A DNA stretch of 64,000 nucleotides from an uncultured Acidobacteriota bacterium (GTDB lineage Bacteria > Acidobacteriota > Terriglobia > Acidiferrales > UBA7541). Within the stretch, counting starts at the first letter, position 1; every line of letters starts with the position of its first letter. The DNA is taken from positions 12,374-76,373 of the forward strand of contig CAVOIX010000072.1 in assembly GCA_963695945.1 (NCBI GenBank). Reading direction: 5' to 3'. A program made the translations under genes and the position numbers. Positions 31,717 through 42,100 of the stretch are shown in pieces. Below the pieces are notes generated by a model, which saw only the letters and a program-made list of their open reading frames with translations, was not told the DNA's origin and did not search any database.

Positions 31717-31941
31717 CTGTGCCGCCCCTAACGGGGCTTTTGTCTTGCGCCTTTGCGTTCCCACCGCTTCCGCGGTGGGCTACGATCTGCCGCCCCTAAC
31801 GGGGCTTTTGTCTTGCGTCTTTGCGTTCCCACCGCTTCCGCGGTGGGCTGAGAATCTGCCGCCCTTAACGGGGCTTTTGTCTTGCGTCTTTGTGTTCCCA
31901 CCGCTTCCACGGTGGGCTCCGATATGCCGTCCCTTCGGGAC
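31717..31941 (+). repeat. tandem array: 3 units of 68-69 bp plus a half unit, each unit with two GC-rich hairpins (family B)
   Basis: Unit landmarks gccgcccctaac at 31721, 31789 and 31858 (periods 68 and 69). Hairpins are GCCCC-TAAC-GGGGC and CCCACCGC-TTCC-GCGGTGGG. The terminal hairpin GTCCC-TTC-GGGAC is at about 31929-31941. Confidence 0.9.
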
Positions 31942-32111
31942 TTCTTTCTGGTGAGTACTTAAATGCGGTCTTTGCCAGGGTAAGTACTCAAACTCAATTT
32001 TGATTTCAACGAGCGCCGGACTCGATGTGGAGACTTCGGAGCAGCGTGCGGGAATCGCCCCTTGCTCCGTGAATCTTGGACCCTCACGAACTACTTCGCA
32101 GAAAGAGTGGC

Positions 32112-32581
32112 TCAGCGCTCCAGCGTGGCTATGGCCTGCGCGGCGATGGCTTCGCCGCGGCCGATGGCGTCGACACCTTCGTTGGTCTTGGCCTTCAAAT
32201 TGATCATCGACGGTGCGATGCCCAGCGATTTCGCCAAAGCCTCGCGCATGGCCGGAAAGTGCGGACCCAGTTTGGTTTTTCGGTGATCACAATGGCGTCG
32301 ATGTGTACGATGCGAAACTGGTGCTGGGCAGAAGATCGCGGATATGTTCCAGAAACGCAGGCTGGAAGCGTCTTTCCACCTTGGGTCTGTATCTGGAAAA
32401 TGCGTGCCGATATCGCCGAGACCCGCCGCGCCCAAAGGGCATCGCACAGGGCATGTGCTAGCGCGTCCCCATCAGAGTGGCCCACCGGACCTTTCGGAAA
32501 CGGAAGTTCGATGCCGCCGAGAATCAGCTTGCGGCCTTCGGCCATGCGGTGCAGGTCATATCCGATTCCTGCCTGGCTCAT
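32112..32581 (-). CDS. ispF: 2-C-methyl-D-erythritol 2,4-cyclodiphosphate synthase (at least 3 frame breaks)
   Basis: ORF 32204..32581 has [48 protein letters not shown] 32112..32447 has [25 protein letters not shown] and ...[53 protein letters not shown]. Confidence 0.85.
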
Positions 32582-33292
32582 AGGCCGGCGCGCTCCTGGC
32601 GCAAATAAAACTCGGCCAGTTCCATATCGCCCGGGCGAGTGATCTTCAGGTTGCGTTCGGAACCGACGACCACATGAACATCGTGACCGATGCGCTCCAC
32701 CAGGCCGGCTTCGTCAGACGCCGTCACTCCATCCTGGCGCGCTCGTGCAAAAGCCTCAAGCAACAAAGCCGTGCGGAACACTTGCGGAGTCTGTGCCAGC
32801 ACCACTCGCTCCCGCGGGATGGTTGCCGTGATGAGAGCGACGTCTGTCGGCAGACTTGCGCGCTTTACTTCCTTCACGGTGTCCATCGCCGGAATTCCCA
32901 GAATGGCCGCGTCACAGGCTGCTGCTTCCGCGATCACCCGCTCAATCTGGTCGAGTGTGACCAGCGGCCGGACCGCGTCGTGCACCAGAATCAGTTCCGT
33001 CTCGGACGGCACTTCGATTAGCGCGTTGGCGACGGAATCCTGGCGGGTATCACCGCCGCGAACCACGCGAACGGAAGCGTTAAGGTTTTCGGGATTTGAC
33101 GGCAGCCGCGGAATCGACTTCCTCAGCTCGCGTGGCAATTACGAAATCCGTGATCGCGGGGCATGACGACAGGCGCCTCAGCGTGAAGAGCAGCACGGGC
33201 ATGCCGTCCAGCGAGAGAAATTGTTTCGGCGTTTCTGCGCCCATTCGCGTCCCTAGCCCTGCAGCGGGCAGGATGGCGGTTACTCGGTTCAT
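32578..33292 (-). CDS. ispD: 2-C-methyl-D-erythritol 4-phosphate cytidylyltransferase (one frame break near 33100)
   Basis: ORF 33080..33292 has [32 protein letters not shown] 32578..33138 has [15 protein letters not shown]...[10 protein letters not shown]. The stop overlaps the ispF start (ATGA). Confidence 0.85.
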
Positions 33293-33455
33293 TATGTCCT
33301 CGTCAGGTGAGCAAAAAAGCTTACACTAAATAGGGGCTATTATAAACAGCGCCCCTCCACGGCCACCCCGCCAGCATCATAAAAAGAGAACCAGACGAGA
33401 GATTTCTTCGATTTGACGGTTATGGGTTTACACGATACTCTGCGTGTTCGCGGAT

Positions 33456-33471
33456 TGGCCTGAAGGCTTGC
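33456..33471 (+). promoter_or_regulatory. weak candidate sigma-54 (-24/-12) promoter upstream of glnII
   Basis: TGGCCT-GAAGGC-TTGC. The GG to GC spacing is one nt longer than the TGGCAC-N5-TTGC consensus. It lies 63 nt before the glnII ATG. Confidence 0.15.
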
Positions 33472-33533
33472 GTAGCGCTGTCCAGGACTTTTTATCTTTA
33501 CATTTTATTTACTAAGGAGAGCTATCAACAACC

Positions 33534-34566
33534 ATGACGAAATACAAACTTGAATATGTCTGGCTCGACGGCAAGAAACCCGTCCCTGAGCTGCGCGGCA
33601 AAACTCAGTTGAAGTCGTTCGAGAAGCCGCCCGCTCTTGCCGATTTGCCGCTTTGGGGCTTTGATGGCAGTTCGACCATGCAGGCCGAGGGCAGCAAGTC
33701 CGATTGCATCCTCAAACCCGTGGCGTTGTATCCCGATGCCAGCCGCAAGGACGCCTATGTCGTTCTTAGCGAAGTCATGCATCCGGATGGCACTCCGCAT
33801 TCCACGAACATGCGCGCCACGATTGAGAACGATCCTGACTTGTGGATCGGTTTTGAGCAGGAGTATTTCCTTTATCAGGGTGGGCGTCCACTCGGCTTTC
33901 CTGAAAAAGGGTCACCCCAGCACGCCTCAGGGTCCCTATTATTGCGGCGTCGGGTACAAATACATGGGCAATCTGGCCCGAACGATTGTCGAAGAGCATC
34001 TGGATCTCTGCTTGGCGGCTGGGATCAATCACGAAGGCATCAACGCGGAAGTCGCGAAGGGCCAGTGGGAATTTCAGATCTTTGCCAAGGGTTCGGCCAA
34101 AGCCGCTGACGACCTGTGGACCGCTCGTTACCTGATGATGCGTCTGTGCGAGAAATACGAAGTGGACATGGAGCTGTATTGCAAGCCGATCAAGGGAGAC
34201 TGGAATGGATCCGGTATGCACACCAACTTCTCCACAAAGTACATCCGCGAAGTGGGCGGCAAGGACTACTTTGAGTCGCTCATGAAAGCATTCCAGAACA
34301 ACATTGCGGCGCACATCGAAGTGTATGGCCCGGATAACCATCTCCGCTTGACCGGTCTGCACGAAACGCAGGCCATCGACAAGTTCAGCTACGGCCTCTC
34401 CGATCGTGGCGCCTCAATCCGCATGCCCGTCAACTTCATCAAGAACGGGTACAAGGGCTATCTGGAGGATCGCCGTCCAAACTCCGAAGCCGATCCTTAC
34501 CAGATCGTTTCCCGTATTCTGAAGACCATCAATACGGCCACGAAGCCCGTTGCCACTGTGGCTTAA
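33534..34566 (+). CDS. glnII: type II (eukaryote-like) glutamine synthetase (one frame break near 33905)
   Basis: ORF 33534.. has MTKYKLEYVWLDGKKPVPELRGKT...LPLWGFDGSSTMQAEGSKSDCILKP...IGFEQEYFL. ORF 33637..34566 has GPYYCGVG...INAEVAKGQWEFQI...WNGSGMHTNFS...RLTGLHETQ...DRGASIRMP...YLEDRRPNSEADPY. Total about 343 aa, typical of GSII. Confidence 0.85.
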
Positions 34567-34604
34567 GACGACCGAGAATGCCGCGGCAGTGATGCTCGCG
34601 GAAA

Positions 34605-34640
34605 TAAAAAACGCCCCGGGAATCTCCGGGGCGTTTTTTA
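34605..34640 (+). terminator. strong intrinsic terminator after glnII
   Basis: AAAAAACGCCCCGG-gaatct-CCGGGGCGTTTTTT. 9-bp GC stem with an A-tract upstream and a T-tract downstream, so potentially bidirectional. Confidence 0.85.
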
Positions 34641-34732
34641 TTTATGTGACTCGCGGGCATTATAGGATAGTGTGCTCCATCGTGTTGACCGCGAAGGTGT
34701 ATATTGCTGTTTTAGGAGCAGGCTGATAAGAC

Positions 34733-35424
34733 TTGCGTACGAATACATTGGTGCTGCTTCCCGGCCTGGATGGAACCGGAGATCTGTTCGCGAAGCTTCG
34801 TCGCGAACTCCCGCCGGACTTGAACGTCATCACGGTAGCTTACCCCACAAAATTTCTGTCCTTCTCCGAACTCGTTTCCTGGTTGAGTGATCTCGTTCCG
34901 AGGAGCCAGCCTTACGCGCTTTTAGGCGAATCTTACGGCTCGCCATTGGCCGTGGAGTTCGCGGCCATGTATCCGGACAACCTCGTGAGGCTCATCCTCA
35001 GTGTAGGATTCGTTTCCAATCCGGTTCGCAAGTATGGGTTTCTGCCAAGGTTGCTGGCTCGCCGCTTTTTTTTCAATTTCAACCGCCTGATTTTCTGGTC
35101 GAATATTTTATCGCCGGGGCCGGCGCGTCAGAGAGCCTGAAACGCGCGGTTGAGCGCGCCACGCGCTCGGTTAGTGCCGAAGTGCTTGCCGCGCGGGCGC
35201 GAGCCGTTATCGAATGCGATGCCACGCCGCAGATGCGCCAGCTGAAAGTTCCGGTGCTTTATCTGCAAGCGTCGGAGGACAGGTTGGTCGGAAAAGAATG
35301 TCTCGATCAGATCAAAAGCCTTCACCCGCAGACCACTTCCGTTTCCATTCGAACGTCTCACCTACTGCTGCAGAGGGAGCCGCGCATCGCTTCGGAGGCT
35401 ATCCTGCAATTCCTGGATGCGTAG
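34733..35424 (+). CDS. alpha/beta hydrolase (frame break around the T8 run at about 35063-35130)
   Basis: ORF 34733.. has LVLLPGLDGTGDLF...ALLGESYGSPLA (GxSxG nucleophile elbow). ORF 35182..35424 has VPVLYLQASEDRLV...SHLLLQREP (Asp and His regions). Confidence 0.7.
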
Positions 35425-35500
35425 TCCGGAGCAACGGCCTGAACTGCTGACCTGGATGGGCTCCAGCTTGTGCACGATGTGTGCTCACTCGAATCCAAAT

Positions 35501-35526
35501 CGGACAGGCGGAAGCCTATCCTACGG
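35501..35526. repeat. family-A REP-like hairpin
   Basis: cggacaggcggaagcctatcctacgg. The eutC stop codon (35521-35523) lies inside it. Confidence 0.7.
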
Positions 35527-36321
35527 AAGGAGAGTTCCGGAGCCGCGCTCCGGGATCATTGGGCGATCAGGCTCGCGGACCTTGAATCCACTCATCCGCT
35601 GCTCCACCATCCGCGCCGCAAAATTGATGATCCGGGCAGCGGCGGTCTCTGGTTTTAGGCCGCGCGCGTGAATGTTGGAGATCAGATTGCGGTCCGCGTC
35701 GGTCTTCGTGTTGTCAGGGCGGTAGGCCATGTAGGCGGACAGGCTCTCCGCAGTGGCGAGTCCTGGACGCTCGCCGATCAAGAGCACCGCTACTTTTGGA
35801 GCCAGTAGTTCGCCGATTTCGTTCAGCACCCCGACGCGGCAGTGGCGAATCACAAATGGATTGCCGACGGACCAGCCGCGCGCCCTGGCTTCTGCGTCCA
35901 GCAACGGGTACAGCGTGGGGACTTGCGCTGCGACCGCCGTGACCGACAGTCCGTCGCCAATCGCGATCTGAATGTCATTCCCACGCGAGCAGCGCGTTGA
36001 CAATTCCCGCCGCGCCTTTTCGTTCAAACGGCGCCCGAGATCCGGTTGCAGGAGGTATTCCGCCTTCGAAGGCGCCTCGGTCGAGACCTCAAACAGATTC
36101 CACCGGGCGATAAAGGGCGCGCCAAACACGGCGTCTAGTTCGAGTTCGGCGCTGACGGCGTCGCGCGCGGCGGCATGGGCTTCGCGTAAATCCAGTTGGG
36201 TGGAGGTTCGATAGGCCGCTCCGGCGCGACCGGCGAAAATCCGCGCCGGAGTGCGTTCCCGTATTTTGCGCAAAACTGCGGGGAGTTCGGCGGCCAGGAA
36301 AGAATCGGTGTCTCGCGCCAT
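35521..36321 (-). CDS. eutC: ethanolamine ammonia-lyase small subunit
   Basis: 266 aa with ...RTPARIFAGRAGAAYRTSTQLDLREAHAAARDAV...LLIGERPGLATAESLSAYMAY. Directly abuts the eutB stop. Confidence 0.85.
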   Translation of the reverse strand: MARDTDSFLAAELPAVLRKIRERTPARIFAGRAGAAYRTSTQLDLREAHAAARDAVSAELELDAVFGAPFIARWNLFEVSTEAPSKAEYLLQPDLGRRLNEKARRELSTRCSRGNDIQIAIGDGLSVTAVAAQVPTLYPLLDAEARARGWSVGNPFVIRHCRVGVLNEIGELLAPKVAVLLIGERPGLATAESLSAYMAYRPDNTKTDADRNLISNIHARGLKPETAAARIINFAARMVEQRMSGFKVREPDRPMIPERGSGTLLP

Positions 36322-37714
36322 TCAGACCATTTCTCCCAGTGAGGATTCCAGTCCCTGCATCAGCGCGCGCCGCGCGGAGGCATCGGGAAGCGCAGGCTCG
36401 GACTCGCGAAAAATTCCTTTCGCCTGAAGCCAGCTCAGGAATTCAGGCGCCGGGCGGAGGTGAAACAGTTTTCTGGCCGCGAGGGCATCGTGATAACTGG
36501 TGGATTGATAATTCAGCATCACATCGTCCGAACAAGGAACGCCCATAAAATAATTGCAGCCCGCCGCGCTAAGAAGCACTAACAGATTGTCCGCGGAATT
36601 CTGATCGGCTGCCGCATGATTGGTGTAGCAAACATCGCAACCCATCGGCAGTCCCAGCAGCTTGCCCATGAAGTGATCCTCCAGCCCGGCGCGAATAATT
36701 TGCCGTTCGTCGCAAAGATATTCCGGTCCGATGAAACCAACGACGCTATTCACGAGGAAAGGGTTGAAACACGCGGGCGACGCCATACGCGCGCGCTTCG
36801 AGCGTCAACTGATCGATCCCGTGATGGGCCTCGGGCGACAACGCGCTGCCTTGGCCCGTTTCAAAATACATCACGTGATCGCCCTTCCACGGCACGTCGC
36901 GTTGCGCATGATGCTCGAGGACCTGCTCCCGCCCTTCACGCAGCATCTGCAGCGTGACTCCGAAACTGCGGTTGGCCGTTTCCGTTCCGGCGATGGACTG
37001 AAAGAGCAAATCTACCGGCGCGCCGCGCCTCATTGCTTCGAGCTGCGTTGTAATATGCGCGAGACAGCAGGATTGCGTCGGCACGGCGTAGGCATCGATC
37101 AGCCGCGCGAGCGCACGCAGAATCGCGCCCACCGTCTCCACCGAATCCGACGCCGGGTTCACTCCGATGACCGCATCGCCGCAGCCAAACAGAAGTCCCT
37201 CGAACGCCGCCAGCAGGATTCCGCCAATGTCATCCGCGGGATGATTGGGCTGCGTACGGATTCCCAGTACGCCGCGCTCGCCCATCGTGTTCCGGCAACG
37301 CGTTACATTCCTGATTTTGGCCGCGGCCAGGAGGAGGTCCTTGTTGCTCATAATTTTGGCAACGGCAGCGGCGATTTCGGGAAGGATGGCCCATTGGATC
37401 TCCTTCAGCTGTTCTTCGCTCGTGGCATCGTCGAGAATGAATTCGCGAAATTCGCCGACCGTGAAGCTGTGGATTTGCTGAAACCGCGCTGCGTCATGGG
37501 ACTCCAGCAGCAGTCGGCTGACTTCGTCCTGGGCAGGATCAATCAGAGGCTGGCGGACAATTTCCTCCAGGGAAAGATCGGCAAGCTTGCGTTTCGCGGC
37601 TACGCGTTCGCGTTCGGAACGCGCTGCAATACCTGCCAGCTGGTCGCCGGACTTCTCCTCGTTGGCCTTGGCCAGCAAGTCGCGCAGGTCCTGGAAGACA
37701 AACTGCTCGGGCAT
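36322..37714 (-). CDS. eutB: ethanolamine ammonia-lyase large subunit (one frame break near 36770)
   Basis: ORF 36746..37714 has FVFQDLRDLLAKANEEKSGDQLAGIAA...GVNPASDSVE...MYFETGQGSALS. ORF 36322..36786 has ...GLPMGCDVCYTNHAAADQNSADNLLVLLSAAGCNYFMGVP. Combined length about 464 aa. Confidence 0.9.
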
Positions 37715-37853
37715 GTTACTCCCAAAGGCGAGTCTAAGACCGAGTAGAAAAGTAGCACGGGAAAGGCCGGGAGGACTACCACAGCACTTCGATCGCAGCG
37801 AGGTTACCGCGGTTCACCAGTTGCTAGTCACCAATCATCAGTCCATGGAATTA

Positions 37854-37940
37854 TGGTGCCCGAAAGAGGACTCGAACCTCCACTCCCTTGCGAGAACTAG
37901 CTCCTGAAGCTAGCGCGTCTGCCAATTCCGCCATTCGGGC
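37854..37940 (-). tRNA. tRNA-Leu (anticodon CAG)
   Basis: The reverse complement is GCCCGAATGGCGGAATTGGCAGACGCGCTAGCTTCAGGAGCTAGTTCTCGCAAGGGAGTGGAGGTTCGAGTCCTCTTTCGGGCACCA. It has a 7-bp acceptor stem, anticodon loop TTCAGGA, a long variable arm, the GGTTCGAGTCC T-loop and an encoded CCA. Confidence 0.95.
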
Positions 37941-38194
37941 ACGTCTTGGGATGCTGCAGGCAAATTGATTGTGCCCGCCCGTGGCAGCATTTGTCAACGC
38001 GCCCGCCAAAGGCCGGATGGCGCGACGCGCTGCAGATCGGTCGGCCGATCGGGCGCGGTCCCGTAACCATCCGATAACAGGCAAATACAGGCATCTTCGC
38101 ATCGGTGCTATACTTCGCCCAAGTTTCGCTAACGCAGAACGGCGCTTTTGCAGACGCTGTTTCCGATCGGCGCCGCTCTTACAGGGAGGAATTC

Positions 38195-38479
38195 TTGGAC
38201 GCTTCCCGATCCATGCTTCTCGATATGTTGATGATTTCCTGGGGTGTCATCACGGTGGTCCTGGTGGTGCTGGTGGTTTACCGGGGGACTTTGTCCTCGC
38301 GAGAAGATGACCAGATCTTTATTGACGCCGCCGAGCAGCACCATTACCAGGAACAAGTCGCGATCATCGCCCGCATTTCGCGCCTGACCAAGCCGATTAT
38401 TGCTTTGGCAGTCCTCTCTGGAGTCCTTTTGCTGGCGAGCGCTGGGGTGTGGATTTATCAGGGTTACAAGAGCTTTTAG
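38195..38479 (+). CDS. hypothetical small membrane protein (2 TM helices)
   Basis: ORF 38105..38479. The probable TTG start at 38195 follows GGGAGGAA. Helices are MLMISWGVITVVLVVLVVY and IIALAVLSGVLLLASAGVWIY. Confidence 0.5.
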   Translation: MDASRSMLLDMLMISWGVITVVLVVLVVYRGTLSSREDDQIFIDAAEQHHYQEQVAIIARISRLTKPIIALAVLSGVLLLASAGVWIYQGYKSF

Positions 38480-39069
38480 CGAGCCGCCGGCTGGACACTG
38501 GAATCCCCGGACTCCGGGATCGAAGAGTCCGCTACCGATGAGTGGTTCAGCGAAATCACCCACCGGTCAGCCTGCTTGGTCAGAAACAGGCTGGTGTGCC
38601 CGCGGAATTGCACCACCTTCCCTTGCGTCTGCGCTACATAGATGAATTGGTAGGTGGCCCACGCGGAATTTCCATTCACCTTGATAAGCGTATTGGAACG
38701 GTCTATGCGCGCTCCGGATACTTGCGCCCGCTGTGCCTGGTACGATTTCAGGAAATTGTCCCAGCCGATGACCGGAGGCTCCCACGCGCCGCTGACCACC
38801 ACCACGTCGTCCGCGTAGTATTTATGCAGGGAATCGGTGTCTCCGATTTGCCAGTAGCCCAGCGCTTCTCCGATGGCTTGATCAATGGCCTGGGTATCGG
38901 GTCTCTGCATCGCGGCTCGGAACTCGGCGCCCGGATCGGCGGACGCCGGCGCGTTTTTATTTTTATCTTTTTTTTGCGCGCTCGCCGGTGCCGCCACCAC
39001 AAGCAATGCCAGCGCGGCCAGAACGCAAATTCGAAGGCCTCCGGCCTGTTTCATCACAACTTGTGTCAT
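38476..39069 (-). CDS. SnoaL-like / NTF2-fold (DUF4440-like) secreted protein
   Basis: ORF 38476..39303 trimmed to the ATG at 39069, which is preceded by GAGGAG. Signal peptide MKQAGGLRICVLAALALLVVAAPASA. Core ...LHKYYADDVVVVSGAWEPPVIGWDNFLKSY...NSAWATYQFIYVAQ...FRGHTSLFLTKQADRWVISLNH. Confidence 0.6.
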   Translation of the reverse strand: MTQVVMKQAGGLRICVLAALALLVVAAPASAQKKDKNKNAPASADPGAEFRAAMQRPDTQAIDQAIGEALGYWQIGDTDSLHKYYADDVVVVSGAWEPPVIGWDNFLKSYQAQRAQVSGARIDRSNTLIKVNGNSAWATYQFIYVAQTQGKVVQFRGHTSLFLTKQADRWVISLNHSSVADSSIPESGDSSVQPAAR

Positions 39070-39172
39070 GTCCACTCCTCGCGCTGAAGATAGCACGAAC
39101 CTATTTTGCGCTGTCCGGGAATCGGAGCGCCAAGTGTCGTGGCAGTGCACGCACGCAGCGTACGGAATCGAT

Positions 39173-42100
39173 TCACTTAAAGCGGGTCTTGCGCACAACG
39201 TCCAAACCAAATGTGCCGTTTTCATCGCGCAGCGCCACCACGGAAAACTCGCGGTTAATCGTGTATTCCATCTGGATGACCTGATATTGGGTGGTGGTGA
39301 CATCCGTGATGTAGGTGATCACCAGCCCGCGGCTCACTTGTTGCTCGATCGTGACGCTGGCAATGGAATTTTGCTGGGTGTTATTCAAGGTCGCCACCGA
39401 CGGCCCCACGCTGAAGTGGCTGATTCCGAACAGACGCTGGATACGCCCGCCCAACTGGCTGGAGATGGCCTCCGACAAAAGCGCCGAGGCGCCCAGGCTG
39501 GAGTTTTGCCCCGTGGCGGTTCGCGCGGCGCTTTCTTCTCCGGTCTGGCCCAGCGCCAGCAGTTCGATGATATCGCTCGAAGGCAGCGGCGGATCGGAGC
39601 GGTAGGCCAGCGTCAGGCGGCTCGCCGGTCCCGTGAAATCGAGAGTCACTTCGTACTGGCGGATGGTCGTGGTGGCCTCGACGTTCAGTACGGGATCCAG
39701 CCGGAATGGGTTCGCAAAATTGATATCCCCGCGCGCGATGGTGTACTGGTTGCCGCGAAAACTCATTTCGCCGCTCAAGAGGTGAATGTGGCCGAGCAGA
39801 ATCGGATGCTCCCAGGTTCCACGCAGGCGCAGGTTCGCGTCCGTAAGCAGACGCGCGCCGGTCCATTCCATGCGGGAATCCGGGCTGGATTCGGCCTGGA
39901 CATCAAACTGCAAATTCTGCAAAAATGAAGACGTCGTGCTGGGCCCTGCCGCCGGTTCCTTGGCGGAAATCATGAAACTGCCGAGGTCGAATCCTTCAGC
40001 CATGAGCAAGCGATCGATCACGATTCGTCCGGAAAGAGTGGCCGCGTCCGCGTTGCCGGAAAGGCGCAGGTTGCCGCCCACGAGCCAGCTCATGCCGATC
40101 GGATAGCGAATGCGCACCTGATCGGATCGCGCGTTCAGGACATAGTTCAGCGGACCCTGCCCATAAGATACCGTGCCACCGATGGTGAGCCGCCCGCCGC
40201 CGGTTTCCGCGACCACATTGTCAAAAACCATGCGGTTGGCGCCAAAATTGAAATCGCCGCCCACGTTGCTCAACCCCGCTGGAAAATCGCCATAGCGCAG
40301 TGACGCTCCTTCAATGTGAACCTTGCCGTTAAGGCGCGGAGTGTTCAACGTCCCTGCGACCAAGGCATTGATTTGCGCGCGCCCGGTTGATTCCAATTGC
40401 GGGAAAAACTCGGTGAGCAGCCGCAGGCTGACGGCCCCGTCAACTCGCAGATTCAGTGCCTGCTCGCCCGCGAAACGCGCGGAGCCGCTGACTTGAAAGT
40501 CTGTATCCGGGCCGCGGAGACTAGCCTGTTCGACGCGGACTTCGTCCCGGCGGTAGGTCAGGCGAACGGGGCTGACATTCTCAAGTTTCACGGATTGAAT
40601 TTCCAGAGTGAGGCGCGAAAGATTTACTTCCACCGCCAGGGTTTCGGGACGCGCGCCGAAACCCGCGACGTCAAAATGGCCATCCACCAGACTGTGGCCG
40701 GTCAGGTGCGACAAATGCAACACGGATACGAGGAAGGGATTGAAATCGATTCGTTCGGCCGTAATTTGCGCGCTGACCGGGTAGTCGCCTTCGAGGCCGA
40801 CGTCCAGCTTGCCGGCCAGCCGCCCTGACGTCATCGCCGAATCGATGGTGGCGCTCAGATGATGCCCGTCGGAATCGACTTTGCCGTCAAAGCTTCCCAC
40901 CACGTCATTGCCAAGTTTTAGATCAATCAGCCGCAGAGTGGCATGCAATTCGGGCGCACGCAGAGGACCCTGCCCGCGAGCCTGCAAATTGAGGCGGCCG
41001 GCAACGGGAAGTCGCGCCATTTGAATGTTTTCGATGGATTCCAGAGGAATCGCGGCCCCCGTGAAATCAAACGCAACGTCGCCGGTGCCGGTGTGATAGT
41101 CGAAATTGCCGGTCACAATTCCCGCGGGGGCTCCCGGAGCGTGCGCCGCAAGGCGCACCTCGGCGTTGGCGATGCGCACTTCACCAGGATGCATCGACAG
41201 CTGTCCGCGGGCACGCTCGAATCGCCACGCACCGGAACTCGCATTCGACACGTCAAACAATCCCGCGAATTCGGGCTCGGCGCGCGTGCCCTTTCCATGG
41301 AAGCGTCCGGTCAGCAGCCCGCGCGCGGAATACGAAGTCCCCAGCATTTTTTGCAGATCGTCGGTATCGGCGCCCACCAGGTTGATGTCAAAGGACCATT
41401 CACTTTCCGGATCAAATCCCCAGTTGTCGAGGTCCAGCGCCAGTTCCAGCTCCGCGGAAGATTTTCCTCTGCGCACGCGTCCTCTCTCAATTTGCAAGAT
41501 ATCGGGCGAGTAGGTGAGCCCGCCCTCCAGGTCATCCCAATACAGCGAACCGTACTGCGCATTGGTGCCCTGGAAGCGCCCGGCAAACATCGGGCCGCCC
41601 AGGGGGCCGGTCAGCCTTCCATCCCAATGAAAACGGCCGCCAATCACCTGCGGCTGGGCATCGAGTCCGCGCAGGCGGTTGATGAAGTCATCCCATGGCG
41701 TCAAATCGTCGGTGTCCACGGCCAGATCCATCGAAGTTTCAACGGTGCTGAGCGAGCCGTGAAATTGGATTCTGCTGGTGGGAGTCGAAATCTCGCCGGG
41801 AGGAAGTTCAAATTGCTTGTGATCCATGCTGTAGTGAAAATCGAACTCCGCGGCCGTGGGAATCTGGCCCGCGACGGGTTTGGTGGAAGGCGTCCACACC
41901 GAATGGCCTCGCGAATCGACGTGTTGAAATGCGGCGACCCACGTGGTCGTGGCGTCCACATCCATGCTGCTGCCCCAGTGCAACGGATTGATCGGCAGGC
42001 TGGGATTGTTCTCCGCATCGATGGCCTGATGCAGATTCATGCCGCGAATTTTGGTGTCGGCGCGAAAGTCCATCTTGGCGAGATTGACGCGGAGGTGGCT

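Noticed and set aside
31717-31941. Possible CRISPR array
   Set aside because: The repeat units are directly adjacent, with a 68-69 bp period and no unique spacers. No cas genes or leader are present. It is a tandem structured repeat, not CRISPR.
33293-33533. Glutamine (glnA-motif) riboswitch upstream of the glutamine synthetase gene
   Set aside because: The conserved GGAAGUAGG / CGAAGGAACGC-type elements that I remember for that motif are not present in the 240-nt upstream region.
37715-38194. Genomic island or prophage integration at tRNA-Leu
   Set aside because: There is no integrase, direct repeat of the tRNA 3' end or phage/mobile gene on either side. Flanking genes are ordinary metabolic or membrane genes. 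Only the change in frame-break density coincides with this position.
38476-38479. Convergent genes overlapping by 4 nt at their stop codons (small membrane protein versus SnoaL-like protein)
   Set aside because: Real in the sequence but commonplace in compact genomes. There is no further signal such as an antisense regulatory hairpin.
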